64,000 nucleotides of DNA, taken from positions 52,762,001-52,826,000 of the forward strand of contig NC_043015.1 in the NCBI RefSeq assembly GCF_006345805.1, read 5' to 3'. A program made the translations under genes and the position numbers. The notes under the pieces are model-generated. The model worked only from the letters and a program-made list of their open reading frames with translations, had not been told where the DNA came from and searched no databases. The first letter of the stretch is position 1; every line of letters begins with the position of its first letter. Below are positions 26,661 to 38,200 of the stretch, in pieces. The stretch comes from Octopus sinensis (lineage: Eukaryota).

Positions 26661-26705
26661 AAAAGTCGCTTTGTTTCGTGATCTCGAACGAAACAAAGCA
26701 CTTTT
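26661..26705. repeat. Short hairpin, 18-bp stem, 8-nt loop
   Basis: aaaagt(c)gctttgtttcgt-gatctcga-acgaaacaaagcactttt. Confidence 0.8.
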
Positions 26706-27564
26706 TGTAGGACTCATCCGCCTTGATAAAAAGAACTATAACACATATATGAACGAATAAAAACTCTGTAACTGAGTTTTATTTCTATATTTTCTTCTTT
26801 CTTCCGTTTGTAAATCCAAAGACGTATATGAGCTATTTATAAAGGAAAAAGTAACAAAAAAAATTCCGTCCAACAACCTGTACTTTCTTTTAAACACGGA
26901 ACTGTCGCATTTTAGATTTTGTGAGCGAAAACAACAATAATAACGAAGGATAACACAGAATGATGATATATAATAATAATAATAATAATAATGAGTATAA
27001 TGATAGACAATGCATTTCATTTTGATTACGATTAAGAAGAACGAAGAATGATGTGAACACGGAAGAGGAAAGGATGAAAGTAGAAAATTTTATAAGATCT
27101 ACATAGATAGGAAGGAAGGGAGGAAGGAATGGGGGGGGGGTTGTAGTTAAGTGGTAAGTCGGTATCCCAAACTTAGCTCTGCCATATGTTTGATGCTGTT
27201 TATAAGGAGGAGGAAGAAGATGAAGAGGTGGAAGGAGAGAGAATGAGAGAAAAAAAACGAACAGAGAGAGGGAGGGAAGGAGAACTGAAAGAGAATACAG
27301 AAAAAGTATTCAGACACGCGCTCGCGCGCATAGATACCCCACCGTAGAAAGAGAGGAAGAAAGGAATGAAGGCAGGAAGAGAGAGAGAAAGAGAGAGATA
27401 AGAAGAGCTGCTTCCTTGTTGGGAGGCAAAGAACCGAAATAGTTTGGGGGTGTATGTAATACTAGACACAACAGCAAATCTAATAATAATAATAATATAT
27501 ATATATATATATATATGTGCGTGTGTATACACACACACATCTCGCACATTTGCGCGAGTATGTG

Positions 27565-27632
<68 letters not shown>

Positions 27633-27643
27633 TATACACATAC

Positions 27644-27768
27644 ATTTCCCGTCTGTGACGTCGAAGATAGGTGAGACGAGGTGCCGGGGAATCTTGGCGG
27701 TTGGGGAGTGGCATTTTCGGCCAAGCAGAACAGAACATCAACCCAGCACAAGTGAAGATCATTACCAT
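27644..27768 (-). CDS. Coding exon 1 of a candidate RFamide neuropeptide precursor (signal peptide, propeptide, RRHRR convertase site)
   Basis: Reads [41 protein letters not shown]+at (41 codons + 2 nt). It is an island of unique sequence between (TA)n microsatellites, with acceptor tttattctcag| at 27783 and donor |gtatgt at 27643. Hydrophobic N-terminus ends in C-S-A, fitting the -3/-1 rule. The true start may lie in an upstream exon. Confidence 0.72.
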
Positions 27769-28762
27769 TACGATGATAATTTCTGAGAATAAATATATAC
27801 ATATATATATATATATATATAAATTACAATATTTTTTTGTATAATACTCGCTTTTTTTTTCTCTTCGTCTTTTTTTTAACCTTTTTACCACACACACTAA
27901 AATATTTTTTTTCTAACTTAGGAGAAATAAGTCAGAAATCTGTTGGAGAACAGCGAGACTTATATATTAAGGCCTCAGGACTCGGCTACTAATTTTTACT
28001 TTATGTCATCGACCCAAAACCCCTACTGTCGATCCTCAGCAGAATTGAACGGCAAACTAAAGAAGATTCAGTATTTAACCAACACCCTTTAAAAAATTGG
28101 GAAGCAAAGTCGATCCTAGGCGGGATTTGAACTCATAAAGTAAAGGAAATGAGGCTGGGGTGAGAAACAGGCGATTTGTATACGATAAAGAAGCTAATAC
28201 TTTATTTCATCGAAATAAAGGACAATGAAAAAAATAATTAGAAAAAAAATAATACAGCCAGTCTGGACAGGATTTGAACTCGGAAATTAAAGGGACATAA
28301 TCAAAAAAAGTCCGTAGGGCATTTGGTGTCCGGTAATCTATCGACTCAGTCGATCGCCACCCTTTAATTAACTAATAATAATGTTCCTAAAAACAATAAT
28401 AATTGTTATATCTAGGTGAGACAGTAAAACAACCACCTACACAGAAATAACGAATACACACACACACAAACAATAGGAAAATCAGGCAGGAGGGGAGGAA
28501 GGATTTTTTTTTGTTTTTCAAACGTTTAATTTGTTTTTTTTCTTTCTTTTTCTGTCTTTTCATATATTTCTTTTTTTTTTCTCTTTTTTTTATTCATTTT
28601 TTGGATTGTTCCGTCAGATTTCTATAAAAACCATGCAACGGTCCAGTGAAGCACAATACAAACACTATATATAAATATATTTATATATATATATATATAT
28701 ATATAAAGATCTACACAATACATAAAATATACACACAAATATGTATGTGCGCGAGCATTGTG

Positions 28763-28795
<33 letters not shown>

Positions 28796-28874
28796 ATTGT
28801 CCAACTATAGAAATATGACTATACTGGTGAGAGAAAGAATAAAAAATTTGTGTAATTTGAAGACCACTTGTATA

Positions 28875-28931
<57 letters not shown>

Positions 28932-29345
28932 AGGAAGTTGAATATACATGGTGCAGTGTATATAAACAATGAATGTATACAGATTGTGAGCGTGTATATA
29001 AATATATACGAATGTGGGTATATACGATCGAAAAATTTCAAATAAGCGATAAACAGATCGCGTATGTTTTAATGATGGGTGTATAGATCAAACAATTACA
29101 CACACACAGATAGATAGATAGATAGATAGAAAGAAAGAGTTTTCATTTAATGATAGATACAAAGATAGATAGAACCGATTCTGGTGATGTGTGTATATAT
29201 ACATATGTGCACACCTCTAGACAAAAAAAAAAACCGCTTGCATGTGTATATAACAATTTTATATATACATAGACGATTTGTCTATAAATCGCTAGTATGT
29301 GTATATAACGATAGAAAAGATGTTTGCGAATGAGTTATATATATA

Positions 29346-29415
<70 letters not shown>

Positions 29416-29420
29416 ATGGT

Positions 29421-29452
<32 letters not shown>

Positions 29453-29535
29453 ATAAATGTGTGTGTAACGAATAATAGAAAAACTGTTTGCATGTGAGTA
29501 CATAGACATACATAAACGTATAGAAAGAGAGACCG

Positions 29536-29582
<47 letters not shown>

Positions 29583-29600
29583 AATATATAAAGATATAGT

Positions 29601-29635
<35 letters not shown>

Positions 29636-29719
29636 GAGTGTGTGTTTGTATGTGAGAGAGATATATATATAAAGAAAAGAGCGTGTGTGTGTGTGTAGTG
29701 TTAGACGAGATGTATTTAC

Positions 29720-29800
29720 CTTCACTGGTTCCTATGTAACAGAGTTTTAAACCATTGTTTATCCTTGTAGTCAGTGTGTGAGATTGAGTGTATATAAGGA
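29720..29800 (-). promoter_or_regulatory. Possible non-coding first exon / core promoter of the neuropeptide gene
   Basis: Donor GAAG|gtaaat at 29720/29719 on minus and a TATATA at 29791-29796 in unique sequence ~2 kb upstream of coding exon 1. The TATA reads better on + (TATATAAG), so orientation is ambiguous. Confidence 0.25.
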
Positions 29801-29899
29801 CAGAGCACCTGATCAATACCACAGCGCCAGCATCATCCAAGCAAGTTACGCTACTAAACAGAGGGCCAAATTGCACTAGCAAAGCTCACTCACTTACTA

Positions 29900-30540
29900 C
29901 ATACATAGTAGTAGTAGTAGTGATGATGGTGGTGGTGGCGGTGGAGCTGGTGGTGGTGGTGGTAGCAGTGGTGGTAGTAGCAGTATTAGCAAACAAACAG
30001 CAGCAGCAGCTTAGCCGCTGATACCGCCGCCGCTCTACGACTACTACTACTACTACTATTACAGCAGCCAGGGCGATGGCGATGGCGACGACGGAGGCGG
30101 CGGGAGGGAGGGGGGAAGATAGCGACCACTACTCGCCTTCGCCGACATCACCACCACTACTATTACTACTACTACTGCTACTACTACCACTATTATTACT
30201 ATGGTGGCTGCTGTCCTTCACCAACACCAAGGTAGTCATGGTGTTGCAGCTATTATTATTAATACTACTACTACTACTACTACTATTATTATTATTATTA
30301 CTGCTGCTGTTGCTGCAGCTATCACTACGACTACTACCACCACTATTGTTGCTGCTGTTAATACTGCTGCTGGTGATGGTGGTGGTGGTGGCGGTGATGG
30401 TGGTGGTGGCGGCGGTGGGGGAGCTACGGTGTAGCGTTGGTAACGGGGAGCATGTGAAATGGTCGGAGGCGGTGGTGGGGGTGTTAGTGGGGGTGGGGCA
30501 GTAGGGGCGGCGGTGAGGCTTAAGTGGTGGTGGTGGTGAC
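29900..30540. repeat. GC-rich mosaic of trinucleotide repeats (GTA, GTG, CAG, CCG, CTA, TTA, GGT, GGC)
   Basis: Direct reading. Confidence 0.9.
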
Positions 30541-30669
30541 AGTCTCTAGTCTCTCCCTTTCTCTCTCTCTCTCTCTCTCTCTCTAGACAGTGGCGGAAGG
30601 TGAGACCGCTCTAAACGCACCTGACAGGAACTGCTGCAAAAGTGTTTGTTGTGCGTGTATGTATGTATG

Positions 30670-30706
<37 letters not shown>

Positions 30707-31437
30707 ATGTATGTGTGTGTAAATACCTTATATATTTATATATATATATATATATATATATTTGTGTGGTCGAGTATTTTCTTTACTGTAATAGAAGAAT
30801 GGGGAAGCTTTATTTTTCCGCAGTTGAAATCTGTTTTTTTCCCTTCTCGAATGCCATCAGATAACGACTCATAGAAGTACGTATGCATGTAACACACACA
30901 TACACACACACATACATGGGTTAGTGTTCCAGCTGTTTTCGTCCACATGCACAAACAGATTTCTAAGACCAGATGCACAAAACATACTGCAGTCCAGGTG
31001 GCTGCACCAAAAAGTCAATATATATACACACACGCAGGTGAATACACACACACAGAGTTATATATATATACATATATATATATGTGTGTATATATACATA
31101 TATATATACGTACTTTTGAGAATAGTCATCGACGTGACATTTACTATAAACGCACTTTGACCGTGGGGCGGTAGTTTTCGTGAAAGTCCTATCAGCCATC
31201 GATCTTTCGATATTGAACGATAATCATTATTCTACACCTACACAAGAAAAAAAACTTTCTTATTCTCTTCGTTTCTATCTTTCAGCTTGTTTCCGAGAAA
31301 CGAGCAAGGAGTTAAGTTTAAAACGAAAGCAGATCGAACCCATATTGCCTACCACCAGTTCGTTGAGAGTTTACCCATCATCAATCTATATTACTATATA
31401 ACTATATATATACACATATATATACACACACACACAC

Positions 31438-31482
<45 letters not shown>

Positions 31483-31541
31483 CACACACACACACATATA
31501 TATACACACATATATATATATACACACACACATATATATAT

Positions 31542-31581
<40 letters not shown>

Positions 31582-32279
31582 GCTGAGCAACACATCTGAC
31601 TGTAAACGTCAGTTAATATGGGGCCCTTTTGATCCGACTGACCTTCACCACAACTATATTAAGTCCAGACACAACAACTCGCTCCAACAGGCAGGGGAAT
31701 CCTACCTCTGTACAAAGCAACCAAAAAGACGGAGCTGCAATATGGTCGCTCGGTTTTCTTGAAATAGCAACCAAGTCTCTCTCCTTTAAATCATTTCTTA
31801 CCGCCTTGAAAAAAAAAAAAGGGGGGGATACGCTGGACTGTGAGTCCCAATATTGTAGTTTCTGTTTTCTTTTAAATGGCTTAATTACAAGAGGAAGGGT
31901 AAACGGCGACGAACTTTTTTTTGCTTTTTTATTGAAGATATATGCGACAGGTGGAAGGATGGCTAGCAGTAATTTTATCACAAGATGCTTGCAACAGAAT
32001 GGACATGGCTACAGGCCCAGCCAAGGGGCAGGTTGATGGTGGTATTAAGCGAAATTTTAAACCGGACGATGGATTAACAATATTTTTAAGGAGTAAAAAA
32101 ATTAAAAAACAAAAACAAGACAGGATAATCACAAGTAGAACATCTTTAACTACAAATCTTCTCGGCTTGAGGTGGAAAAACTACAACTGGATTTATTATT
32201 ATTATTATTGTTTTGTGCTCGGCCCTTGTGGCCAATAAAGAAACTATTATTATTATTATTATCATCATCATCAATGACG

Positions 32280-32805
32280 TGGGGCAGGCGGTATCCCTCT
32301 GTAGAGTGGTTATGACGAAAAGAGGTTGTGTGGTGGACTGGACAGAAAATATTGGGAACAGACACCTTGCCTCTTCGATCAAAGCCCTCGTCGACTTTTC
32401 CAAGTTTCACTTGGAAAGGAAAGTAGGGGTTGAGAGAGAAGTGTTCTCCTTCAGCGAATTTGTGAAAAAGTGGTGGGTGAATGGGGCACAAATTTCCAGG
32501 TTAAATGGAACCATTCTAAGCATCCAACTGTAAGTTGTAGAACAAGAGTTGGGCGAGGGCCTGTGCCATTCGTGGTCAGAGCGATTTTCAGTCTGTTGAG
32601 TTCTTTGATTGGCCCCGTGACAGGAGGATTGCAATATCCATGTGTTCTACATTTTTTGCGTACCATGTATACTTTTTATCACAGTTTCCCTTCTCTTCTC
32701 CCTTGATCTTTTTATATAAACCCCCGACACAAATCGTAAACTGTCCTTGTAATGTACCCTTGTCTGATGCCCTTGCGACAAATAACAAAAATTAGTATTT
32801 TAAAA
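32280..32805 (+). mobile_element. 3' fragment of Tx1-like LINE (ORF2 C-terminus plus 3'UTR)
   Basis: Reads IKALVDFSKFHLERKVGVEREVFSFSEFVKKWWVNGAQISRLNGTILSIQL*, which resembles L1/Tx1 ORF2 C-termini (recognised from memory), followed by a UTR ending aaataa and an A-rich tract. Confidence 0.65.
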
Positions 32806-32809
32806 AAGA

Positions 32810-33175
32810 AAGCGAGGGCAGAGAAAAAAAGTGCTGGCCTCCCAGCAAACTTGTTGAAAGGTGGGTGGGTGGCGAGAATAGTCCGAGTGACCGGACCTGT
32901 TCTGAGCATGCGCCGATTGATCGGAGGAGGACGACTGGGAGCGGGGCACTTGCGTTAATGGTCAGGGTGACCCTGCTTTTGTGGGATTTCCACGAATATC
33001 CCTCAGAAGTCTCATCCCACTTTTGGGAGAATTATTTCTAGTTTGAGGTCTTTTTCTTTTTTGGGTTCTGTTATTTTTTACTTTTTTTACACGTTCTTTT
33101 ATTTAATCCCGCACAGTATCATCCCGTACCATTTTCAATGTTTTTGTCGACCCATACTGATTAATAAATAAATTA
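32810..33175 (+). mobile_element. Second, diverged Tx1-like 3' fragment in tandem
   Basis: ...GWVARIVRVTGPVLSMR aligns to WVNGAQISRLNGTILSIQL; UTR motif ggtcagggtga is shared with the 19050 copy; ends taataaataaa. Confidence 0.55.
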
Positions 33176-33619
33176 TTATCATTATTATATATCGGTCAAG
33201 CGAGGTTCAAACGAAATGTTTTCTTTTTTAAGAAAAGCAGCCTTTCAGACATAAACTTCTGTTTGTAAAGAAATTTACCATCCTCTACAGACGACAGAAT
33301 TCACGGTACAGTTAGCCAACTATCAGACGTCTGGAGATAATGCGTCTGAGAAACACACACACACATACACACACACCATCCACTATATATTAACTATGAT
33401 AATAGATTGTAGCACATATGTGTGAAAACACAAACTTACACACACTTCGATACCTGACCGCGCGTGCAATTATACCAACACACACGCACATAAACATATA
33501 TTCGTGGAATAAATTAAGTACCACCCTCTTACACATCTGTGAAGAGAGACATTCGCGCACACACACACATATACATACAAACGCGCACACACACATCCAC
33601 ACAGGTTTTCTTAAGCTCC

Positions 33620-34190
33620 ACCAGGTATTACAAATGTATATATGTATTACAAATTGTATGAGTGTGCATATGTACTACAAATGTATGTATTACAACTGTG
33701 TGAGTAAGTGTATATTACAGCTGTGTGTATTACAAATGTGTTTGTTAATCACAAGCGAGTATGTGTATTTCAGGTGTACGTGTATGTATTGATTGTGGTG
33801 TGTGAGTATTACAGGCGTGTGTGACGGTATTACAAATGTGTGAATATGTGTATTACAGTGGTATGTATGTGTATTACACGTGAGAGAGTATGTACAACAG
33901 GTGAGTGCGTATATGACATACTTATGGCCACATGCATGTGCTTTACAAATATGAATATGTGTATTGCAGGTATGCGTGTGTATAACACACACACTAATAC
34001 ACAACACGCATACTAACAATGTTAGCGGGTGCGTGTGTGTGTATTACAAATGTGTGTGTGCAGTGCAGGTATGTGTATGTGATAACGTGCGCCTGACTAT
34101 ATGTATTACATATGTGTGTGTGTGTGTGAGGATTTGTATTGCAGGAAGGTGTGTGTGTGTGTGTGTGTGTACTACAGACGTGTGCAATAT
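33620..34190. repeat. Degenerate array of GTATTACA motifs with variable TG-rich spacers
   Basis: About a dozen exact or near-exact GTATTACA/GTATTGCA/GTACTACA copies in 570 bp. Confidence 0.75.
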
Positions 34191-34867
34191 CAGGTCTGAG
34201 TAACATTTTACGAGATGCGGGCCGCAGAAGACAACTCATCATCAGGTGAGCCACACTACTAAACAGATTCGTGGAAATTTCTAATATACACACACACACA
34301 CACCTATAATAGAAGTGGGTATTGAAAAGTTCCTGTTATATTATCTATGTGTGTGTGTGTATATATATATATATATAAACAGGTTTTCTCACAGTCTACC
34401 AAATTCACTCATAAAGCATTAATCTGTCTGGGGCTATAGTAGAAAAAAAAACTTGCTCAAGGGGCTGCCCAATGGGATTGAAACCAAAACCATTTGGTTG
34501 GGAAGCGAGCATGTTAACCACCACAATGTCGTGCACACACGTATTTTCTTTTCATTTTTCTTAAATGATTTTTTTTTTAAATAATATAATTAAATAGTAA
34601 GTAAAATGCATGAAAAAATTGCCAGAGATGATGTAAGAAGCAGCTGATCCATGTTAATTAATTAAGGAGAGAGAAAAAAAGCACCAGACAAATTGATGAC
34701 AATAAAAATATGAGACTTGCCCCAGGGTGAATGAAAAATATATAACTAAACCATATAAAGCAAATAATTTAATTGAAAGTATATATATATATATACATGC
34801 ATACACACACATTCTTCTCTATCAATATATATAAATGGAGATACATAGAATAAGAGAGGAAGGAAGG

Positions 34868-34920
<53 letters not shown>

Positions 34921-35292
34921 GCACAGGAGTGGCTGTGTAGTAAGTAGCTTGCTTACTAAAAACATAGTTTCGGGTTCAGTCCCACTGTGTGACACCTTGG
35001 GTAGGCATCTTCTATTATAGCCTTGGGCCAACCAAAGCCTTCTGAGTTGATTTAGTCGACGGAAACTGAAAGAAGCCCATCGTATATATATATATACATA
35101 TGTGTGTGTGTGTGTGTGTGTGTTTGTCCTCCCACCATCGCTTGACAGCCGATGGTGTGTTTAGGTCCCCATAACCTAGCGGTTTGGCAAAAGAGCCAGA
35201 TAGATAAAGTACTAGGTTCGAAAAGAATAAGTCCTAGGGTCGATTTGTCTGATTAAAGGTGTTGCTCCAGCATGACTAAAACAAGTAACAGA
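34921..35292 (+). mobile_element. SINE family A, full length
   Basis: gcacaggagtggctgtgtagtaag...ttcagtcccac...ctgaaagaagcccatcg-(TA)(TG)-tail ending aaacaagtaacaga. Confidence 0.85.
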
Positions 35293-35384
35293 GATAGATA
35301 GATAGATAGATATAAGATGCACACACATGAATATACATCCATTTACCTATCTTTCTCACAAATATATATACATTCTTTTTATTT

Positions 35385-35735
35385 TTATTTTATTTTAATT
35401 GTTTCAGGCTTTTGATTGTGACCATGCTGGAGCAAATCAACCCCAGGATTTATTCTTTTTAAGCCTAGTACTTATTCTATCAGTCTTTTTGCCGAACTGC
35501 TAAGTTACAGACACGTAAGCGCACCCGCATCGGTTGTCAAGCGATGATGTGAGGAGACAGACACACAAACATACACTCACTTCTTTCAGTTTCCATCTAC
35601 CAAATCCACTCACAAGGCTTTGGTCAGCCCGAGGCTACAGTTGAAGACACTTGGCCATGGTGCCACGCAGTGAGATGAGAACCCAGAACCATGTGGTTTG
35701 AAAGCAAGCTACTTACCACAGAGCCACTCCTGCAT
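35385..35735 (-). mobile_element. SINE family A, full length, inverted relative to 34921
   Basis: Reverse-complement head at 35575-35735 and tail at 35385-35560. Confidence 0.85.
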
Positions 35736-35760
35736 GCACACACACACACACACATATATA

Positions 35761-35840
35761 TAGCAGTCAAAAGGACCAAACCACAAGTTTCCACCTTGGT
35801 GTTAAAGTGAAAACTTATGGTTTGGTCATTTTGACTGCTA
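35761..35840. repeat. Inverted repeat, 34-bp arms, 12-nt loop
   Basis: tagcagtcaaaaggaccaaaccacaagtttccac versus reverse complement of the right arm tagcagtcaaaatgaccaaaccataagttttcac (3 mismatches). Confidence 0.9.
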
Positions 35841-36549
35841 TTTTTAGCATGACAGTACTGCCTGTTTGCACCCTTACTTATTAATTGATATTTTTTACCT
35901 TTATGGGTTTTTTACTCTGATATATGCTCGTATATATTTAAATACACACACACACACACATATATATATATGTATGTATAGCTAGACATACACACACACA
36001 CACACACATACCCATATATCTATCTATATACCCATCGTTATTTCTATCTTTATATCAATCTTTCATCGACTCTCTGTCTCTCTCCTACATGTGTGTGTGT
36101 GTAAGAGTGAGAAAGCAAGACACACATCCCTATATCTATCATTCTAGTAATCTCCTCTCTCTCTCTCTCTCTCTGACATAACTGTATACAATCTGCCATA
36201 TGGAATATTATTTGGACAAACTGAAATCTTTCTAATTTAGTCCCAGTTGAATCCTGATCACCCAAGCAGACCAATTGATCAAAAGCATTCCATCCATGAC
36301 TATTCTGTGTATTTTTACTTTTTATCTCTTCAAACATAATGTCGCTAGGACTATGTTATCTAATGTACTCTGTGTGTGTGTGTGTGTGTGAACATGATAA
36401 TGAGTAATTTGAAAGGAGTTTTACTTGGCCACAATTTCTAACAAGGTACAAAACTGATTACTGACCCCTTCTTGCTGGTTTCTAGGAATCACGATGCCAC
36501 AAACAATCCCTAGTGAATCAGACAAAATCCTGAGCACCATTTCTTCTGG

Positions 36550-37190
36550 TTCTTATTGTTCTGAATTCAAATTCCAGCCAAGTTCAACTTAGGCTTACAT
36601 CCTTTAGGGATCGATGAGATAAGGTACCAGGTAAGCACTGGGGTTGATGTGATCAACTTGCCCTCAACCCCAACAATTGCTGGCCTTGTGCCAAAATTAG
36701 AAAGAGTTGTTATTATTATAGTTATTCTTTTACGATAAAGTGATAGTATGTTGTCAACTTAATATGCAAGTCCCATGAAAGGGAAGAATACTACTGTTAT
36801 TTAGCCCTAGAAAACTTCTCAACTACAAAGAAGAAAAGCATTCTCAGATTAACATCTTTATAAAGTATAGCTTCCATAGACAATCGCTCAAGAATAACAT
36901 GATCCAAAATGACAAAACCAAAGGTACTGTATCACCATTGATCATGAAACTAAGGGCCATAAATAGTAAGTTTGATATCCATAAGAGACTAGAGAGAAGG
37001 TAAAACCATTAGAATGCTGGGCAAACTGTGTAGCAGCATTTCATCCATCTTTACATTCTGAGTTCAAATTCCACTGAGGTCAACTTAGCCATTTGTCCTT
37101 TTGGGCTTGATAAAACAAGTACCAGCTATGTACTGGAGATGATGTAATCAACTCACGAAATTGCTGGCCTTGTGTCAAAATTTGAAACTA
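36550..37190 (+). mobile_element. Two SINE family B copies (36550-36710, 37000-37190)
   Basis: ttctga(a/g)ttcaaattcc...tcaactt...catcc/gtcctttt...gataa...gtaccag core. Confidence 0.7.
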
Positions 37191-37274
37191 ATAATAGACT
37201 AGAGATATTAACTAACAATCAATATTTAATGAACTAATAAAACCATAACGAGGATTTCACAAATCTAACACTCC

Positions 37275-37600
37275 CTCTCGTTTAACATCCGCTTTCCATG
37301 CTAGCATGGGTTGGACGATTTGACTGAGGTCTAGCGAACCAGATGGCTGCACCAGGTTCCAATCTGATCTGGCAGAGTTTCTACAGGTGGATGCCCTTCC
37401 TTAACCATTCCGAGAGTGTAGTGGGTGCTTTTACGTGCCACTGACACGAGGGCTAGTCAGGCAGTACTGGCAACGGCCACACTCAAATGGTGCTTTTTAT
37501 GTGCCTCCTGCACAGGAGCCAGTCCAGCAGCACTGGCAACAACCTCGCTCAAATGTTTTTTCATGTGCTACCAGTACAAGTGCCAGAAAGGCGACAATGA
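37275..37600 (-). mobile_element. Retroposon family C (RTE-like 3' tail)
   Basis: Reverse complement of aggaagggcatccacctgtagaaactctgccagatcagattggaacctggtgcagcc...caaatcgtccaacccatgctagcatggaaagcggatgttaaacg. Confidence 0.8.
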
Positions 37601-37789
37601 AGATTAATTAATTCTGCTAAATCTGTAAATCTGCAACTGGGTTACTTAGCAGAAAAATATAAAGAAATTTTAACCTGCAGTATAACCATTAATCTCATAC
37701 AAAGGAACAATAATAATAATTGATTGGTTTTTATGAGGAGGTGATGACACATGACTGAGACCTTGGGCAAAATGCTGCGCTTGGGAAGA

Positions 37790-38200
37790 GTCATCAAGCC
37801 AAGTGAAATCATAGATGGGACCAATGCCAGTGTCATGTAAGTGGCACCTGTGCCAGGGGTACATAAGAGCACCCATTCAGGTAACATGTAAGGAGCACCT
37901 GTTACATCCTGTAAAGTGGTTGGCATTAGGAAGGGCAGGGTACCCAACTGTCGAAACCATGCCAAATCAGAATGGAACCTGGTGCAGCTCTCCGGTTTAC
38001 AAGTTCCAGTCAAACCATCCAACCCATGCCAGCATGAGAAGCAGACATTAAATGATAGTGATGATGATGACGATGATGATCACAAAGATGATAATGAAGA
38101 TGATGGTGATGAAGATGATGGTAATGGTGGTGGTGATGGTGATGATGATAATGGTGATGAGGATGATGATGATGATGAAACCAATGAATCATTTAACCCC
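37790..38200 (+). mobile_element. Retroposon family C with long (GAT/GGT)n tail
   Basis: ttggcattaggaagggc...caaaccatccaacccatgccagcatgagaagcagacattaaatgatagtgatgatg... Confidence 0.8.

Noticed and set aside
29803-29830. Split RE1/NRSE-like halves (agcacc...acagcgcc) near the putative promoter
   Set aside because: Degenerate match with a non-canonical spacer, and REST is not known in molluscs.
29900-30100. Apparent transmembrane helix plus RRR and CCCC (AIALAAVIVVVVVVVERRRYQRLSCCCC) on minus
   Set aside because: Produced by (GTA)n and (GCT)n repeats; preceded by an in-frame TAG with no start or convincing acceptor.
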